A stretch of 62,130 nucleotides of DNA, filler included, from Stramenopiles sp. TOSAG23-2 (GCA_900128395.1; 6 parts of 5 records of this genome joined end to end with filler, not necessarily neighbours in it); one strand, 5' to 3'; counted from the first letter of the whole stretch, positions 13,779 through 27,749 are shown. The notes: generated by a model from the letters alone, not told the origin. Numbers and translations are program-made.

Positions 13779-13878
13779 NNNNNNNNNNNNNNNNNNNNNN
13801 NNNNNNNNNNNNNNNNNNNNNNTTAATTAATTAANNNNNNNNNNNNNNNNNNNNNNNNNNNNNNNNNNNNNNNNNNNN
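13779..13878. other. Artificial scaffold spacer (N44-TTAATTAATTAA-N44)
   Basis: 100-nt N run containing a linker with stops in all six frames. Confidence 0.95.
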
Positions 13879-14470
13879 GTCATTTCTGTAAATTAAGAAT
13901 TTATTTAAGTACAAATTTTAATGTAAAAATTTGATACCTGAAATTCTGCTATCCCTAATTTCTGAAAACAAGAAATGTCAAAATTATTTTGCCAATTGAT
14001 AGGAAAAATGGTATACTAGTGGAGCCTAAGTTTAAAAAGGTATTTTCAATGTTTTTCCTTTGTTTTCATGTAATGAAATGAAAAATCCATCATCAAAACA
14101 ATGAATTAGAAGAATTTAGGTTGAAAATGTTGAAAATGATGAAATTTGATCGAAAATATGCGAGTTGTAATGGTATTGATGGTATTAATATTTATTCTTA
14201 CGTAATAGTGTATTGTGTACTACCAGAAGACTACAAACCAACATAATAATAATAATGCACATAATTTCGAATAATAAAAATGCTGGAATGCCAGAATGGG
14301 TAGTGCAGCACGGTACTATTGTTGTTAATAATAATTTAAATTGAAGAAATGCACAAATAATATAAATAAATATCTTTTCCGAGTTTACATATTTTATGAA
14401 AATAATTACTTCATAAATGTAAATTGTGAGACTAAAAAAATTCACAGCAACAACAAATAAATATCAAAAC

Positions 14471-15728
14471 ATGTTTCCTTTACGGTTCAAACCACACATT
14501 ACAAGGTATGCTAAACATATACAATATAGGAACTATCGTGGTCTCTTTTCAACAAATGCTTTTCCAGAGACACAGCGTGCAATAGTTATCAAAGAACATG
14601 GAGCTTCAGATGTTTTAACTTATGAAAAAAGATATGATACATCATCACTAAAAGACGTATCAAATAATGAAGTTATTGTAAAACATTCTTATGCCGGACT
14701 AAATTTTATTGATACATATTATCGCTCAGGCTTATACAAGCAGCCATTGCCATTCATTGCTGGGGGAGAGGCTGTCGGTGAGATTGTCCATGTTGGCGAA
14801 GAAGCAAAATTAGCTGGTGCTGCTGTTGGCATGAGAGTTGGGATGATGAATTTAGGTTCTTATTGTGAGTCGGTGAGATTGTCCATGTTGGCGAAGAAGC
14901 AAAATTAGCTGGTGCTGCTGTTGGCATGAGAGTTGGGATGATGAATTTAGGTTCTTATTGTGAATATAGTAAAGTAGACTTCAACCAGTGTATTCAAATT
15001 CCAGATAATATCAACGACGCAGTTGCACTTTCATCTATAATACAAGGGTTAACAGCACACTATCTAGTAGAAATAGCAGAAGGCTCTTGGTTGAAAAAAG
15101 GTGATTATTGCGTAGTTCATGCTGGTGCTGGTGGTACCGGATCTTTGTTAATACAAATTTTGAAGTTAAAAGGTCTCAAAGTCATTTCAACAAGTAGTGA
15201 AAAAAAAATTGAACTAGCAAAAAGTTATGGAGCCGATGTTGCAATTGAATACTCAAATTTGTGTGAAACGGTTGAAAATATTACAAGTGGTTTCGGAGTA
15301 AAAACAGTTTTTGACGGTGTAGGTAATAAAACAGCTAGCGATTCGCTCAGCGTATGTGCTTTACGTGGTTTGTGTATATATTTTGGCAATGCAAGTGGCG
15401 TACGTAAATTCTATTCCCCTAAACCTAAAAAGGATATACTCTCTAACGCATCACTCATTCGTACGCTATGCTCCACACACAGCCCGTCCCAGCAGTCGAT
15501 CCTTTGAAATTGGTGCCACGTTCCTTATTTATAACACGGCCAAAGCTTGGTGACTATATTAGCACAAAAGATGAATTACAACGTCGTGCAAACGATATAT
15601 TTAGCTGGATTGCTGATGGTTCATTGAATGTCAAGATAGACAAGACATTTGACTTGAAAGATGCAAAGATGGCTCATGATTATATTGAATCAGCCCAAAC
15701 AACGGGAAAGGTTATAATAAAGATTTAA
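14471..15728 (+). CDS. qor: NADPH:quinone oxidoreductase (zeta-crystallin/QOR, MDR family) with possible mitochondrial presequence; one intron; 95-nt duplication artefact
   Basis: GLNFIDTYYRSGLY, QGLTAHYL, HAGAGGTG, VFDGVG, spliced GNASG|PVPAVDPL, TTGKVII. The duplication at 14774-14963 causes the apparent frameshift. Confidence 0.9.
15400..15482 (+). mobile_element. 83-nt intron, Introner-like family member
   Basis: GTACGT...TCTCTAAC...CAG. Phase-0 removal restores the conserved GNASGPVP motif. About 79% identical by hand alignment to the intron at 50539. Confidence 0.85.
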
Positions 15729-16109
15729 TTTTTCTAATATGTCTGAACTTGTATGATATTAATAATACGAATATCATATGGTATGATTAAAGCAAAATAT
15801 TATATTGAATCAGCCCAAACAACGGGAAAGGTTATAATAAAGATTTAATTTTTCTAATATGTCTGAACTTGTATGATATTAATAATACGAATATCATATG
15901 GTATGATTAAAGCAAAATTACACTATGATATAAATGTTACGACGTAAAATGACCAAGGTCAGGTGTAATAATATCTCAAGACATTATCATATTTAAAAAT
16001 ACCGAGAAGTATGCATTAAATAAAATATTTAATGTTCTTTACACACACCAAATGAAAATTTAATTTCACGCACTAATAAATTGTACCACACAACGGATCT
16101 CTCACCTTT

Positions 16110-17185
16110 TTAATCACCCCATTTCAATGGTATCTTCCAACTACCTTCATTACTTAATGCCTCAATTGCGGTTTCATGTACACCATTACCTTCTCTATCG
16201 GGATGGAATAAAATTGTTACTGTTACAGCACCTGTCCATTTCAATGGTATCTTCCAACTACCTTCATTACTTAATGCCTCAATTGCGGTTTCATGTACAC
16301 CATTACCTTCTCTATCGGGATGGAATAAAATTGTTACTGTTACAGCACCTGTCTGTTTAGCATTCAATATCAAGGAATTCGGTTGAACTTTCACTCTAGG
16401 CCATTGATTTTTCGCTGGACCAAATGAAGATGATAACATATCAAAGTCTAAATTGTAACTTGTTTCATTGTCCGTAGTAGTAGCACTAGGTTTGGATTCA
16501 GAAAATACATCTAGTAAAATTTGTCCCAAACGTAAATGCATTGGTACATCTCCGATATTTTTAATTTCTAATGCTTGACTGGATCTTTTGCCTTTTTCTC
16601 GTTTCCCAAAATCTAGAAAGCTTGGATTAAATTTCAAACCCGGCACTCCACCAACTCCTGAAACTGACACCGTAATATATTTTCCAAGCGTTTCAATTAC
16701 AAAATCTCCACTAAATTGTTTTTTGATCTTTCCAATTTCAAAATTCACATCTACAATAACAGTTTCATCTTTATCTATAGTGCCGCTCATCGGTACAACT
16801 TCATAACCATTTGGAAGAGCTGGAATACTCCATTCAGTTCCACAATACCCAACATTTTGAATTGTCAAACTTTTTGTGTATATTTGCCCCACAGCACATA
16901 CTCCAAAGTCAATAATTCTTGGAGAAACTTGTAGTTTTGGATAGACACTGGTCCCTCTTATTTGAATTGTCAAACTTTTTGTGTATATTTGCCCCACAGC
17001 ACATACTCCAAAGTCAATAATTCTTGGAGAAACTTGTAGTTTTGGATAGACACTGGTCCCTCTTACTTCCAACTTAAACTTTCCTGCATTTGTATCTAGT
17101 ATGACATAGTTATTCTGCAAACGAACGAGGTTATGCGGTACCCATTTAAACTTTAACTCAGAGGACGTTTGACCGGCAATATTCT
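16110..17185 (-). CDS. Fragment of an ASH/MSP (PapD-like Ig-fold) repeat protein, Hydin/CFAP-like; 5' end missing or chimeric
   Basis: Repeated motifs IDFG..AVG...TKSLTIQNVG, LDFG..EKG..SQALEIKNIGDVP and V.P.SG.I. The frame opens mid-domain with no in-frame ATG. Contains two in-frame tandem duplications (105 and 117 nt). Confidence 0.65.
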
Positions 17186-17634
17186 TCCATGATGATTATA
17201 TATATACAAGATATAATAAAGTAGTATGTAAAGTCTTTCAGCTGCAAAAAGTGTCTGGTCTGGTCTATGTTATTTTAACAATTTATTTTTTGTTAAACGT
17301 TATCTGGTTCTATAAGATATGCTTCTTTGGTGTTTATCTTCAGAATACGGTGTGCACTGTATTTTCTTGATGATAAATGTTATACACTAATCACTTGTAC
17401 ATATGTACATATTCTGGACTATATGTATTTTTAAAATAAATCATAATAAAAATTAAAAAAATGAAAGATGTTATAACTGACGCGCAGCGCGCAGTGGAAT
17501 TCTACCGATAAGATTAAGGTTTTTATTATAATAAATTTTAAAAAACATACATCCTATACACACACACATCACATTCATTTTTACAAACATTGTGCGTGCG
17601 TGCGTGTAATTTGATACACATCACAGCCATCATT

Positions 17635-18363
17635 TTAATCACTTATATGTAATGGATCATATGTTGCAGCTCGTATTGCTGACATGTAATTAGCTGCTCC
17701 AACCATTGCACCACATACCATTCCCATTGGAAACGTATACAATCGTTCTTTGTGAATCAAAATATGATCCGATTCATTGTCTTCTAAACCTAAAAATGAA
17801 AACATAATTCCAAAATATGCACCACAAAACACGCAAGCAAATAAATTAATATAGATTTGATGTGTTGTACCAATAATTGGAGCAACATTTGAAACATTAC
17901 TACTACTTCGACGATCATAATAGACCCCAGTATTTTCCCCACCACTCCTATTACCATCTTTACTCGCTATACGTATAGCATAACAAAAATTTATCAGCTC
18001 AACCAAAGAAAAAACGATTGCAAAAGATAAAGCTACTGCTAAGCAAATATACATAGGTGTTTTTTCAGTCGGCCCTAGCTTCAACATCCATGATTTTTCC
18101 AGTATAAAACAAAAAGTACCAGACATTAATACCAACGTGCCCAAAGAGAGTACGACGCACCGCTGTGCGCTTGCACCCGGAGAACCATTCCATTGTTCAT
18201 GCTGTACCCTCCAAATCAATAAACTGCCCAATAATAGTAAAAACACACCTATCGCGTTTGCAAAAAATTCACTACTTGATATTTCCAATAACGATTGTGA
18301 GACACAAAATGCAGTTACAAATCCACATAATACACCGACAACAACTGCACTCAAACACGTCAT
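17635..18363 (-). CDS. Uncharacterised multi-pass membrane protein (about 6 TM)
   Basis: 242-aa ORF with about six hydrophobic helices. Confidence 0.75.
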   Translation of the reverse strand: MTCLSAVVVGVLCGFVTAFCVSQSLLEISSSEFFANAIGVFLLLLGSLLIWRVQHEQWNGSPGASAQRCVVLSLGTLVLMSGTFCFILEKSWMLKLGPTEKTPMYICLAVALSFAIVFSLVELINFCYAIRIASKDGNRSGGENTGVYYDRRSSSNVSNVAPIIGTTHQIYINLFACVFCGAYFGIMFSFLGLEDNESDHILIHKERLYTFPMGMVCGAMVGAANYMSAIRAATYDPLHISD

Positions 18364-18544
18364 ATGATGTATATATATATATGTCTATATTTTACACTAG
18401 ATATATATGCCTATATATGCCTATACGAATTTCTAAATTGCTCTACAATCTCTCCGTCTATTTGACCTATAATTCTCTATGTATTACGATGGATTTGGAT
18501 ATTACCTTTTTTTTATATATATAATATAATAATACATGGATAAG

Positions 18545-18571
18545 AATCACGAAACAGTTTGTTTCGTGATT
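18545..18571. terminator. Perfect 12-bp hairpin AATCACGAAACA-GTT-TGTTTCGTGATT about 160 nt downstream of the stop at 18732
   Basis: Exact inverted repeat; terminator role is inferred. Confidence 0.35.
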
Positions 18572-18731
18572 TGATACAAGGGGAATAGCATTAAGCAATA
18601 TTTAATAGGAAGTTTAAGTATGATATACACTATGATTATTTGATTATTTGAACAAAAATACGTCTAGTTAACGAAATATACCTCATAACCCTAATCCTAA
18701 CATGTGGACACAATCAAGTACCTCGGGACAA

Positions 18732-19400
18732 TTAAAGTACTTGTTGTTGACTCTCCTGATGTTCACGCTCATCCAAAAATACTTGGATCTGTGTTAACTT
18801 ATTTTTTGCTGCTCTTGGTAAACTTTTCCTACGTACGTTACTTGAACTGCCACTACTTTTTTTACGTTTGAGTTTACCAGTTGTACTACTTATCCCATTC
18901 TTGATTACGTAGTCATACATGGTATTGATTGTATTTGATAATTGGTCTATATCGTTTTTTAAAGATGGTGCCATCACAACATGCTTTCCCGCTTCCATAA
19001 TTTCTAACAGTTGCGACATGCTGGGATATTCTGGAATATTAGGTATAAATTTAGTAACAGAACTTAATACCTTAAACCACTTTGACCTACGTCCATGATT
19101 ATGTCGCTCCAAATCATGGCATGTTACTAGTCTAAGTGGTGGAAAACGCACCCGTTCTCCGTTTAAAACTGAACCATGTATATCAGATCGCTTTTTACCT
19201 CTTTTTTTTCTAACCTCTTCTAATAAATTTCTCATAAAACGCTTATCTTTAATTTGTCGATTCCAATTTCCAATTCTATTTACCGCGTTTTGTTTTTCTT
19301 TACGACGTGTTAACCTTGCTAATGGATCTGGTGGAAGCAATCCAAACCTCCCATTTCTTTGTGTATTTGTAGTTGCTGGGTTTTGTCCAATTCTATCCAT
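18732..19400 (-). CDS. Hypothetical basic protein (222 aa)
   Basis: ATG-initiated ORF flanked by AT-rich UTR-like sequence; no recognised domain. Confidence 0.65.
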   Translation of the reverse strand: MDRIGQNPATTNTQRNGRFGLLPPDPLARLTRRKEKQNAVNRIGNWNRQIKDKRFMRNLLEEVRKKRGKKRSDIHGSVLNGERVRFPPLRLVTCHDLERHNHGRRSKWFKVLSSVTKFIPNIPEYPSMSQLLEIMEAGKHVVMAPSLKNDIDQLSNTINTMYDYVIKNGISSTTGKLKRKKSSGSSSNVRRKSLPRAAKNKLTQIQVFLDEREHQESQQQVL

Positions 19401-19761
19401 GTTCGATTTGAATTTTTGTTAATTAATTTGTTAATAATATAAATATTGTGTGTGTGTATATGTTATATATGTAATGTATGTATTTGTTAGATTTACATTT
19501 GGTCATGTACCATGTATATATTTAGCATCACCATACTTAGTATATATTCATAACCTGGGCGGGATCTATTTTTACCACAAACAACAACATATGTGGCAAT
19601 ATGCTTCTATATTTATAAACGGATAATAATTGAAATGGATAACACCAAAAATAGCCCCAGAATGTACTAAGTATAGTCTAAATCCGGATAATGCCTATGA
19701 TCAACAAATTATAATAATAATTTAAAATTTAAATATACCTTAATCATCACCTATGCCTATG

Positions 19762-19792
19762 ATCTTCTCTCTGATATGATCAGAGAGAAGAT
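19762..19792. terminator. Perfect 14-bp hairpin ATCTTCTCTCTGAT-ATG-ATCAGAGAGAAGAT about 140 nt downstream of the EML stop
   Basis: Exact inverted repeat; terminator role is inferred. Confidence 0.35.
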
Positions 19793-19929
19793 ATGATACT
19801 GTAAATATTCGTACGAAGTAAAGCTTACGTTCGTAAAAAAATAATTATTTCAATTATGTTTTTTATAATAAAATAAATATTATTAATATTTTTAATTTTA
19901 AAAAAAATAATTTTTATATAAAATATTTT

Positions 19930-22900
19930 TTAACTCATCTTACTTAATCGCCATTGGAATACAGCACGATCATTACCACCGACAGAATATATCTTCATTT
20001 CCTCAACTTTTGCTTTTTGGCCCTTCAAGTGACTAAATCGTACGTTCATTACATGGGAAGAATGACCTTTACCAACAACAGGAGATGCCCCAGGAGTGGT
20101 ACATGGATAGTTGAATAAATTTATATGTCCATGATCATCTGCAGATACAATAATATTGCCTGTATTGGAGGTGCATACAGCATTTATATCATCACTTGCA
20201 GCTCCTTGTGGCCATATCCCTTCCGTACCCCATTCTAAAATACAAGTGTCACTTTGCCATTGAACATCACGTACTTCACGCAACTTCGTTATGTTTTTAA
20301 AAACACCTTTTTTGATGCTTTTTTTCAAATTATATCTTAATACTTCTTCGGATAAATCATTTGTACGTATAACAATTTTTTTTCCATCCGTACCAAAATC
20401 AAAATGTGTCACGGCGGAGGAACTTTTACTACAATAACCTTTGAACTTGAAAGTGCCATCATTATCCATTCGATACATCCAAACCTTTTGATCATGCGCT
20501 GCCAATCCGATAAATTTATTACTCGTATTTTTACTTTCATTGACTTTCACATCACTAATCCAATCTCTAGGCAAATGCTTTGCATCAAATTTATAACTAC
20601 TACTATTTGCTTCTATTATTTTATTTTTATTATTTTTCAAATCGAAAATATCAACTTCACCGGAATGATCTGCATCTTCCTCTTTCTTCTTCTTTCCTTT
20701 CTTACGCCTCTTTTTTCTTTTACCTGTAATGACTTTCCTACCAACTCGTCCACCAAGTCCAGCTATCAATACGTTGCCGTCAAACCATGCAATTGCTCTA
20801 GACATGTCTCTGCATTTACAAATATGCATCAATTCGACATGTCCAGATTCTGGGATACGTTGCCATACACGGACTGTTTTATCATCACCAGCAGTCGCGA
20901 ATATGGTTGGATCCTCCGGATTCACCGCTAAGCCCCAAAGCTCATCAGCATAATGTCCTGCGACAATCAAATCCCACGTTAAATTATTTGCTTTTTCTTC
21001 ATAGTCAGCTATGTAAATTTCACTTGATTTTGTTCCAACTAGAATTTTGTTTAAAGGAATATCAATGCAAATACTCCTAATTTCAGGATCAAAGGATTCA
21101 AACGTTTGACCTTTAATGGACATGCTAGTACTTGAAAATACCCATTTCTTCTCCATAGCTTGGTTAATATCATCGAAGTCACTTGCTACTGTCACAACGT
21201 AAATTTTACCAGTTTTCGTGCCACAAACAATTGTGTTTACACCTTCACTTATATCCTCCTCGTAGCAAGGCGCAATTGCTGTTATTGCACCACCATCCTG
21301 CTTCGCCATGTTTTCTAAAAAGGTACCTTCCCACTTTCCAAGCGATTTCTTATCTTTTGGATTTGCAGTGTTCCAGATGTTGATCCACCCACCAGCACTG
21401 CCGCTAATAAAACGGTGACCTTTAATTTTTTTATCTTTGTGTCTCGTGCCAACATACGTACCGCATATTTGCGTATTTAATTTTTTCTTTCCAGAACCTA
21501 ATTTACTTTTCAAGGAACGACCAGAAAGTGCCCAAAAACGAATATGTCTTACACCACCTGACACGAAAAGAGTGCCTGAATCAGCAGGGGTGAAAGCAGC
21601 CCAAAGTACTGGGCTTTTATCCCCACGCGCCGTTGTAAGCAATGTTCCATCTTCCCACGTGCCACTATTGGTTTCCCACAACGCTACACTATGATCATTA
21701 TCATTTCCAATTGATAATACCTTTTTACCATCTGGATGGAATGCGATACACGTCACCGCACGTTTGTGAAAACCACCCAACGTGCATATTTCACGACATG
21801 AATCAGCATCCCAAATTTTGACAGCAGGTAATACTTTTCGTTCATGCTCCGATTGCATTTGGCCAGTCGCAACAAATTTTCCTGTCGGATCAGTAGTAAG
21901 GCAGACGATATCATCGTCGTGACCCTTAAAGTACCTTTGACGACTATTTTTATGATGATGACTTGTACCATCCAAGTGCTCTACCACACCAATTGCCGCC
22001 GTGTGGTATATAATATCGCCAGATGAGGAGAAACGAAGATTATTTCTAGAGTTTGGATCTTGCGCTTGGTAACCACAAACGTATTCGAGTTCCAAATTGA
22101 AACGAGGTTTCGTCGGAGCACCGGCTCTAGAAGCATCAGGGTCGGAAGGAGCTACCAGTTGCCCTTTCCATGGTTTGACTGCCATGGATTGATCACCTTC
22201 ATCGTCACCAACATCAGCAAATGGATCTGAAAAATCTTCTTCATCGTGTACAACTTCCTCCCTACTGCTACTACTGCTTTTACCCTCAGAACTCGCCTGT
22301 CCAGACATTTCATGTAACGGATTGATATTTTTCCATTGAAATACACAGCGATCATTACCACCTGTTGATATGACATATCTATCTTCATTCATCCATCGAA
22401 CATTGGTTACGTGGGAAGAATGCCCAGTTTCCTGTCCATACGATGCACCAGGCTCTATGCATGGATATCTAAACATTTTCAATTTTCCAAAATCATCCGC
22501 CGTTATAATAACATTTTTGTTACTTTCTAAATCGACGGCATTAATATCAGTCCCATCAGCACACTTGGGCCAGATACCTTGTACTGGCCAACCTAGGATA
22601 CATGTAAATGTATCCCATTGCACATCCCTCATTGCGCCCGCACTCGTTTGCCTACGCCCACGTTTCACATCCCAAAACAGCAATTCATACGCACCGCAAT
22701 TACTTTGCAACCATTTTCCATCGACTGAAAAATCCATATGTGTTAGGTAACTGTTATGTCCTTTTAACTTGTGCTTCAACTCGACAATGGAGCCTCTTCT
22801 AGAATTACTATCCAATTTTGCTTCTTTAGTATTCAAAGACGTTTCATATATATAAATATTGCGATCATGCGACCCGACAGCAAGATAGCCTTTATAATTT

Positions 22901-25900
22901 CCGTCTTGTCCTGACGATGATGAAAATTTCATATCACTAATCCACCCCTTTGCATCGCGCAAAGGCTTACTTTGCTTACTTATATCTCCAATTACAGGTA
23001 TTAATTTTTGTTGATTTTGATTGGCATCGTCTACCAGATCAGCGCGGTAAACAAACACCACAACTTTCCCGTCATGCTTTGTTTTACCTCTTCCTACGTT
23101 TCCACCAAGTCCTACTGCTAATAAGCGTGGCACATCTATATTACCAGGCGACACGGCACAACTTCTAGCCATCACTGGATCTTTCAACCCAAGGCTGTTT
23201 AAACGAAAATTTTCAATTTGTTTTTCCTCTTTAAAATTCCACAGGCGAATATACCCATCATCTCCACTGGTAAAGTACATGTTGCTATCTTTTGCCTTAT
23301 CTATGGTTAGCCCCCATACTTCATCTTTGAAATGACCGCGAGTTATGATCTGCATTTCTCCTTCCTGTACTTTTCCAAGTTCGATGTTGATGCCAAATTC
23401 AACAATTTCTGATCCCCGCGTACCGACTAGCACTTTCGTACAAGCTTTATTAAGACATACAGATCGAATTTGTGGATTCGCTTTTTCAACCGGAATGACC
23501 TTATTAGGCACTTTCTTTTTCCCTTTCTTTTTCCCCGGAACTTTGTATGAAGTCTTCATCACATTCCACCCATTGTACTTAAATCCCTTTTCTAAATCCT
23601 TCCAATCATTGTTAATAATAACCTTTTCCTCCAATATGGGAGTACCTTTATCGAATTTGAAGACCTTAACAATACCTTTCACACAACCAGTGACGACAGC
23701 ATTATTTTCGTAGTTGGCATATATAGAATTAATAGGTCCATGAGCATTATCTCCTTTACCGTCACCACCTTTTTGTTTAAGCACTTCAACCTTTCCTGGT
23801 TTCTTGTTTGATTCATCAAAAAGAATTTGATAAATATTTCCCGACGCACCGCCAATAAGCATGTATTTATTCACTGGCGAGAGAGATAAACACGTATCTA
23901 GTCCCACACCTTTACCAAAAGGAACTTTCTTTGAAGCCAAATTTCGACCATTCATAGTCCACACACGCACATGATTAACACCACATTGCACTATAGTCAA
24001 GTTTGATTTAAATTTTCCATACACAAACTCAAGGGCAAAAACTTTGTTTTTATCCCCTTTAGCATTTGCAACCATATTTCCTTTCTTGTAGTTATAGATA
24101 CAAATACTGTGATTTTCGTCCTGCCCTATCGATGCTAAATAGCATTGATCAGAAAAGTCTTCACCACGTGAAAATGCAATTAAAGATACTTCGCGTTTAT
24201 GAAAGCCAGACAATACTTTTTCTGTTTTGCATGTGTTATTCCACACGACAATTTTAGGTTTTTTTCCAACTTCACCAGTTGCTATGTATTCACCACATTG
24301 TGACACAGCAAGGCAAGTAATATCATCCGTGTGATCTTGATTATAGATTTGCCGGGTAGTACGCTTACTATCACTATTATTTTTATCGACACGAATTCCT
24401 AAAGCTGCTGCATGATAGACAATAGATTCAGAATCTTTCGAATCTTCAGATTTAGCATATCGGACATTGTCCCGTGTATCGAAAGATCGGTATCCATGAA
24501 CTTTGACTAAATCCAAATCGGATTCTGGCGCTGTTTTGTTAGATGGAGGCGTTTTGGACGGCGCTTTAATCGCACCAAGCCATGGTTTAACAGCCATAAA
24601 TTCGTCACCACCTCCTGAGCCGAAATCAAACGCATCTGTTGTTTCATCTTGCTTTTCATCTGTTTTTTGATTGGAATCATGATCTTCATGCTCAGAATCT
24701 TCATCTGGATCATGATGATGATCTTGATGTTCACTATCATCATGTGGGTCATATCGCCATTGAAAGATCGAACGGTCCTCTCCACCTGTTGAAATCAAAC
24801 GGGTTGATCCTCTCATCGTCCCCTTGAACTTTTCAATATCGTGTTCAATGTTATTAGCAAACCGTATATTTGTAACATGCGATGAATGGCCACGATATTC
24901 CATCCCAGCTGCTTTTTCACCAGTACATGGTGAATTAAAAAGTTTCACTTTGCCAAAATCATCAGCAGTAGCTATTATCCCACTGTATATATTCGTTCTT
25001 CGCCCTCCTTTACTAAAATCAGGTAATATGTCTACTGCATTAATATCTGTCCCGTCAGAACCAGGTGGCCAGATTCCTTGTACAGGCCATCCAAGAGTAC
25101 AAGTAAATGTATCCCAGCAAACATTTGCCACAGATGGAGCGGATTTAATTTGCTTTCCACTTTTGGCATCCCAGAATAAAAGCTCATACGAGCCATCATT
25201 GCTTTGTAAAACACTGCCATCGACGGAAAAATCTAAATGAGAAACGTAACTGCTGATGCCTTTACATTTCGCCCTGTATTCATATGTCTTAGAGTTATAT
25301 AAATATATACTTCGGTCATGGGCACCCACGGCTAGGGTGCCATTAGAAGAGTATTTCACGTCACTAATCCAATCTTTTGGATGTGGTTTTAACTTTTTGA
25401 ACTCAGATAATGTATAGAAACCATCTTCTTTTAATTCAAAGTTGAAAATGATTACTTCACCATCATGTTTTGATTTTGTTCCAACAACTCTGGTTCCTAC
25501 GCGCCCACCTAGACCAACAGCCATTTTTTCACCATCCCGTGACCAGTCAAGGGCACGACTAAATGCATCAAGTTGCTCTGAGATAGCAATTAATCTTGGC
25601 CTGTGCTTTTTTTTATGATGCTCCCCGTTCTTTCCCGCATATCCAATATTCCAAACGCGAACTCGGTTATCATCCCCAGATGTTGCGTAAATGGGTTTGC
25701 GTGATTTCATTGGCGATGACTTTCCAGTTGCTGGGTAAATTGATAAACCCCAAAGTTCAGCTCCATTTCTTGAACCACCCGTTGAATGTCCTTGCATTAT
25801 GCACCGTATGCTTTTTTCTTGAATGTCTTTGTCCTTGACTTGAACTTCATAAATTTCCGAACCTTTCGTGCCAAATATCATCTTAAACTCCCCGTCGTTA

Positions 25901-27649
25901 CTTGCAAAATTAATATCAACTGCACGAATTTGAGGATCAAGTGAATGGAAAACATCGTGTTTGTAGTCCGTATCAAAAAAAGAATTGTCAATTAATTTCT
26001 CAGACAAACTGAACGTCATAAGTTCTGATATGTCTGTACCATTTGCATTTAAAATTGAAATATAACCACCTTTACCAGCCGCTAATAGGCGATAAGTGTT
26101 CTCCATGTCGATACGTTTCAAAACGTTCACAGCGCCGAAATTACCCTTGAATACATACGGTTTCTTCGCCACTGGCTCGACCTGGCAATTCTTTGTATCC
26201 TCCGCAGTCCAAGCTGATTTACCATCCTCATCAATACTTGGTTTGCCGGGATTCCAACAATATACTTGACCTTTTGTTGAACCAGCATAAACAAACATTT
26301 TTGACTTTTCTTTGTCTCCACTAGAATCTTGAATAGATGTGACTGACATCAAAATTGGTTGTCCTTTCCTACTTCTTTTTTTTCCCTTTGAAAAAACAGC
26401 CTTTTTGCTGACATAGCCTCGACCTTTCTTCATCCAAAAAAGCATATGCTTATCCCCACAGGAATAAAAATTTTCAATATTCTTGAACACAACACCTGGT
26501 TTTGGTAGCAAATGTTCAAAACCCAATGCAAATACCTTGCTTTTATGGCTTTTCGAATTATGAATCATTGTTCCTTTATTCCAATCATATATTGCTAAAC
26601 TATGTTCATCATCAACTCCAAGGGATAATATAAATTGCCCAGTATTGTTAAAAGCAAGTTGATTTACACCACGACGATGGAAACCTTTTAATGTATTTAA
26701 CAATGTCATTGACTCCGGTGTCCAAATGCAAATTTTTGGGGTTCTTCCAATTTCACCTGTTGCAATCCAAGTTAAGTCACTACCATTTGAATCTTTACCA
26801 TTGTAAACAGCCATTGACAAAATATCATCCGTATGATGAAATGCAAATTTTTGTTTAGCAGAATTTCCATCCCCCGCTCCTTCAACATCTAAATTAATAT
26901 TAACACCAACAGCAGCAGTAAAATACACAGCTTCCGTTACATTAGTTTCTGATTTTTGGCCACGCTCATGTTTCGGCTGTACGTAGTACACATTATTACG
27001 ACAATCAGCACCTCTATACCCATGTATCCATTCAAGCTCTAGACGTGCTTCCGTCGCGTTTTTCCCAGGGTTTTTTAAATTTTCCTTTTCAAAACCGACT
27101 TCATCTATGATCATCCCGTTGGAATCGAACATTTTTTTAGCTGTCGTTGACTTGTTACCTTTTGTTCCATTTCTGGAACCATTTGGCCCTGAAATACTTT
27201 TAATTTTTTTATGAATATGTTTTATAGTCCCTGTATATGGTTTGACTGCCATAAATTCATCACCACCAGCAGCGGCAGAATTTGCAAATGGATCATCGTT
27301 GCTATCAGGGTCCATTTGTAAATGTTCTTTTTCAGATCTTTCCTTTATATCGTTATGAATTTCATCATCATGCTCATGCTCTTCATCAGATTCATCACGT
27401 GTTGCATGCATGTCATCTTCACCATCACTATCGCCATCCACATTGCCAGTTCCTAGTAGCTTAATCCAACTTGTAACAATAGGTGAACTTTCTGCCCAAC
27501 GCCATATATCCTTATAAAAATATCTGACTGGTTTTTTAACATCAATACTAGTTTTTGTTTCTACTTTTGTACCACCGGTACTACCTGCACCAGTAACTGC
27601 AGTATTTTTCGAATCCTCTTCGCTTTCTTTCTTTGCAATTGATGCCTTG
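19930..27649 (-). CDS. EML6: Echinoderm microtubule-associated protein-like (EML5/6 type, three HELP-WD40 TAPE modules); 5'-truncated at the contig end
   Basis: Three copies of GDEFMAVKP(W/Y)-like + LEWIHGYRG HELP motif, LGWPVQGIWP..DGTDINAV and GHSSHVTNVR. The frame stays open from 27441 to the gap at 27649. Confidence 0.92.
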
Positions 27650-27749
27650 NNNNNNNNNNNNNNNNNNNNNNNNNNNNNNNNNNNNNNNNNNNNTTAATTA
27701 ATTAANNNNNNNNNNNNNNNNNNNNNNNNNNNNNNNNNNNNNNNNNNNN
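27650..27749. other. Artificial scaffold spacer
   Basis: N run containing TTAATTAATTAA. Confidence 0.95.

Noticed and set aside
13823-13834. TTAATTAATTAA repeated five times as a biological motif
   Set aside because: It is always centred in a 100-nt N run and puts stops in all six frames, so it is an artificial spacer.
18685-18701. Telomere-like TAACCCTAATCCTAAC
   Set aside because: Fewer than three imperfect units, which is compatible with chance.
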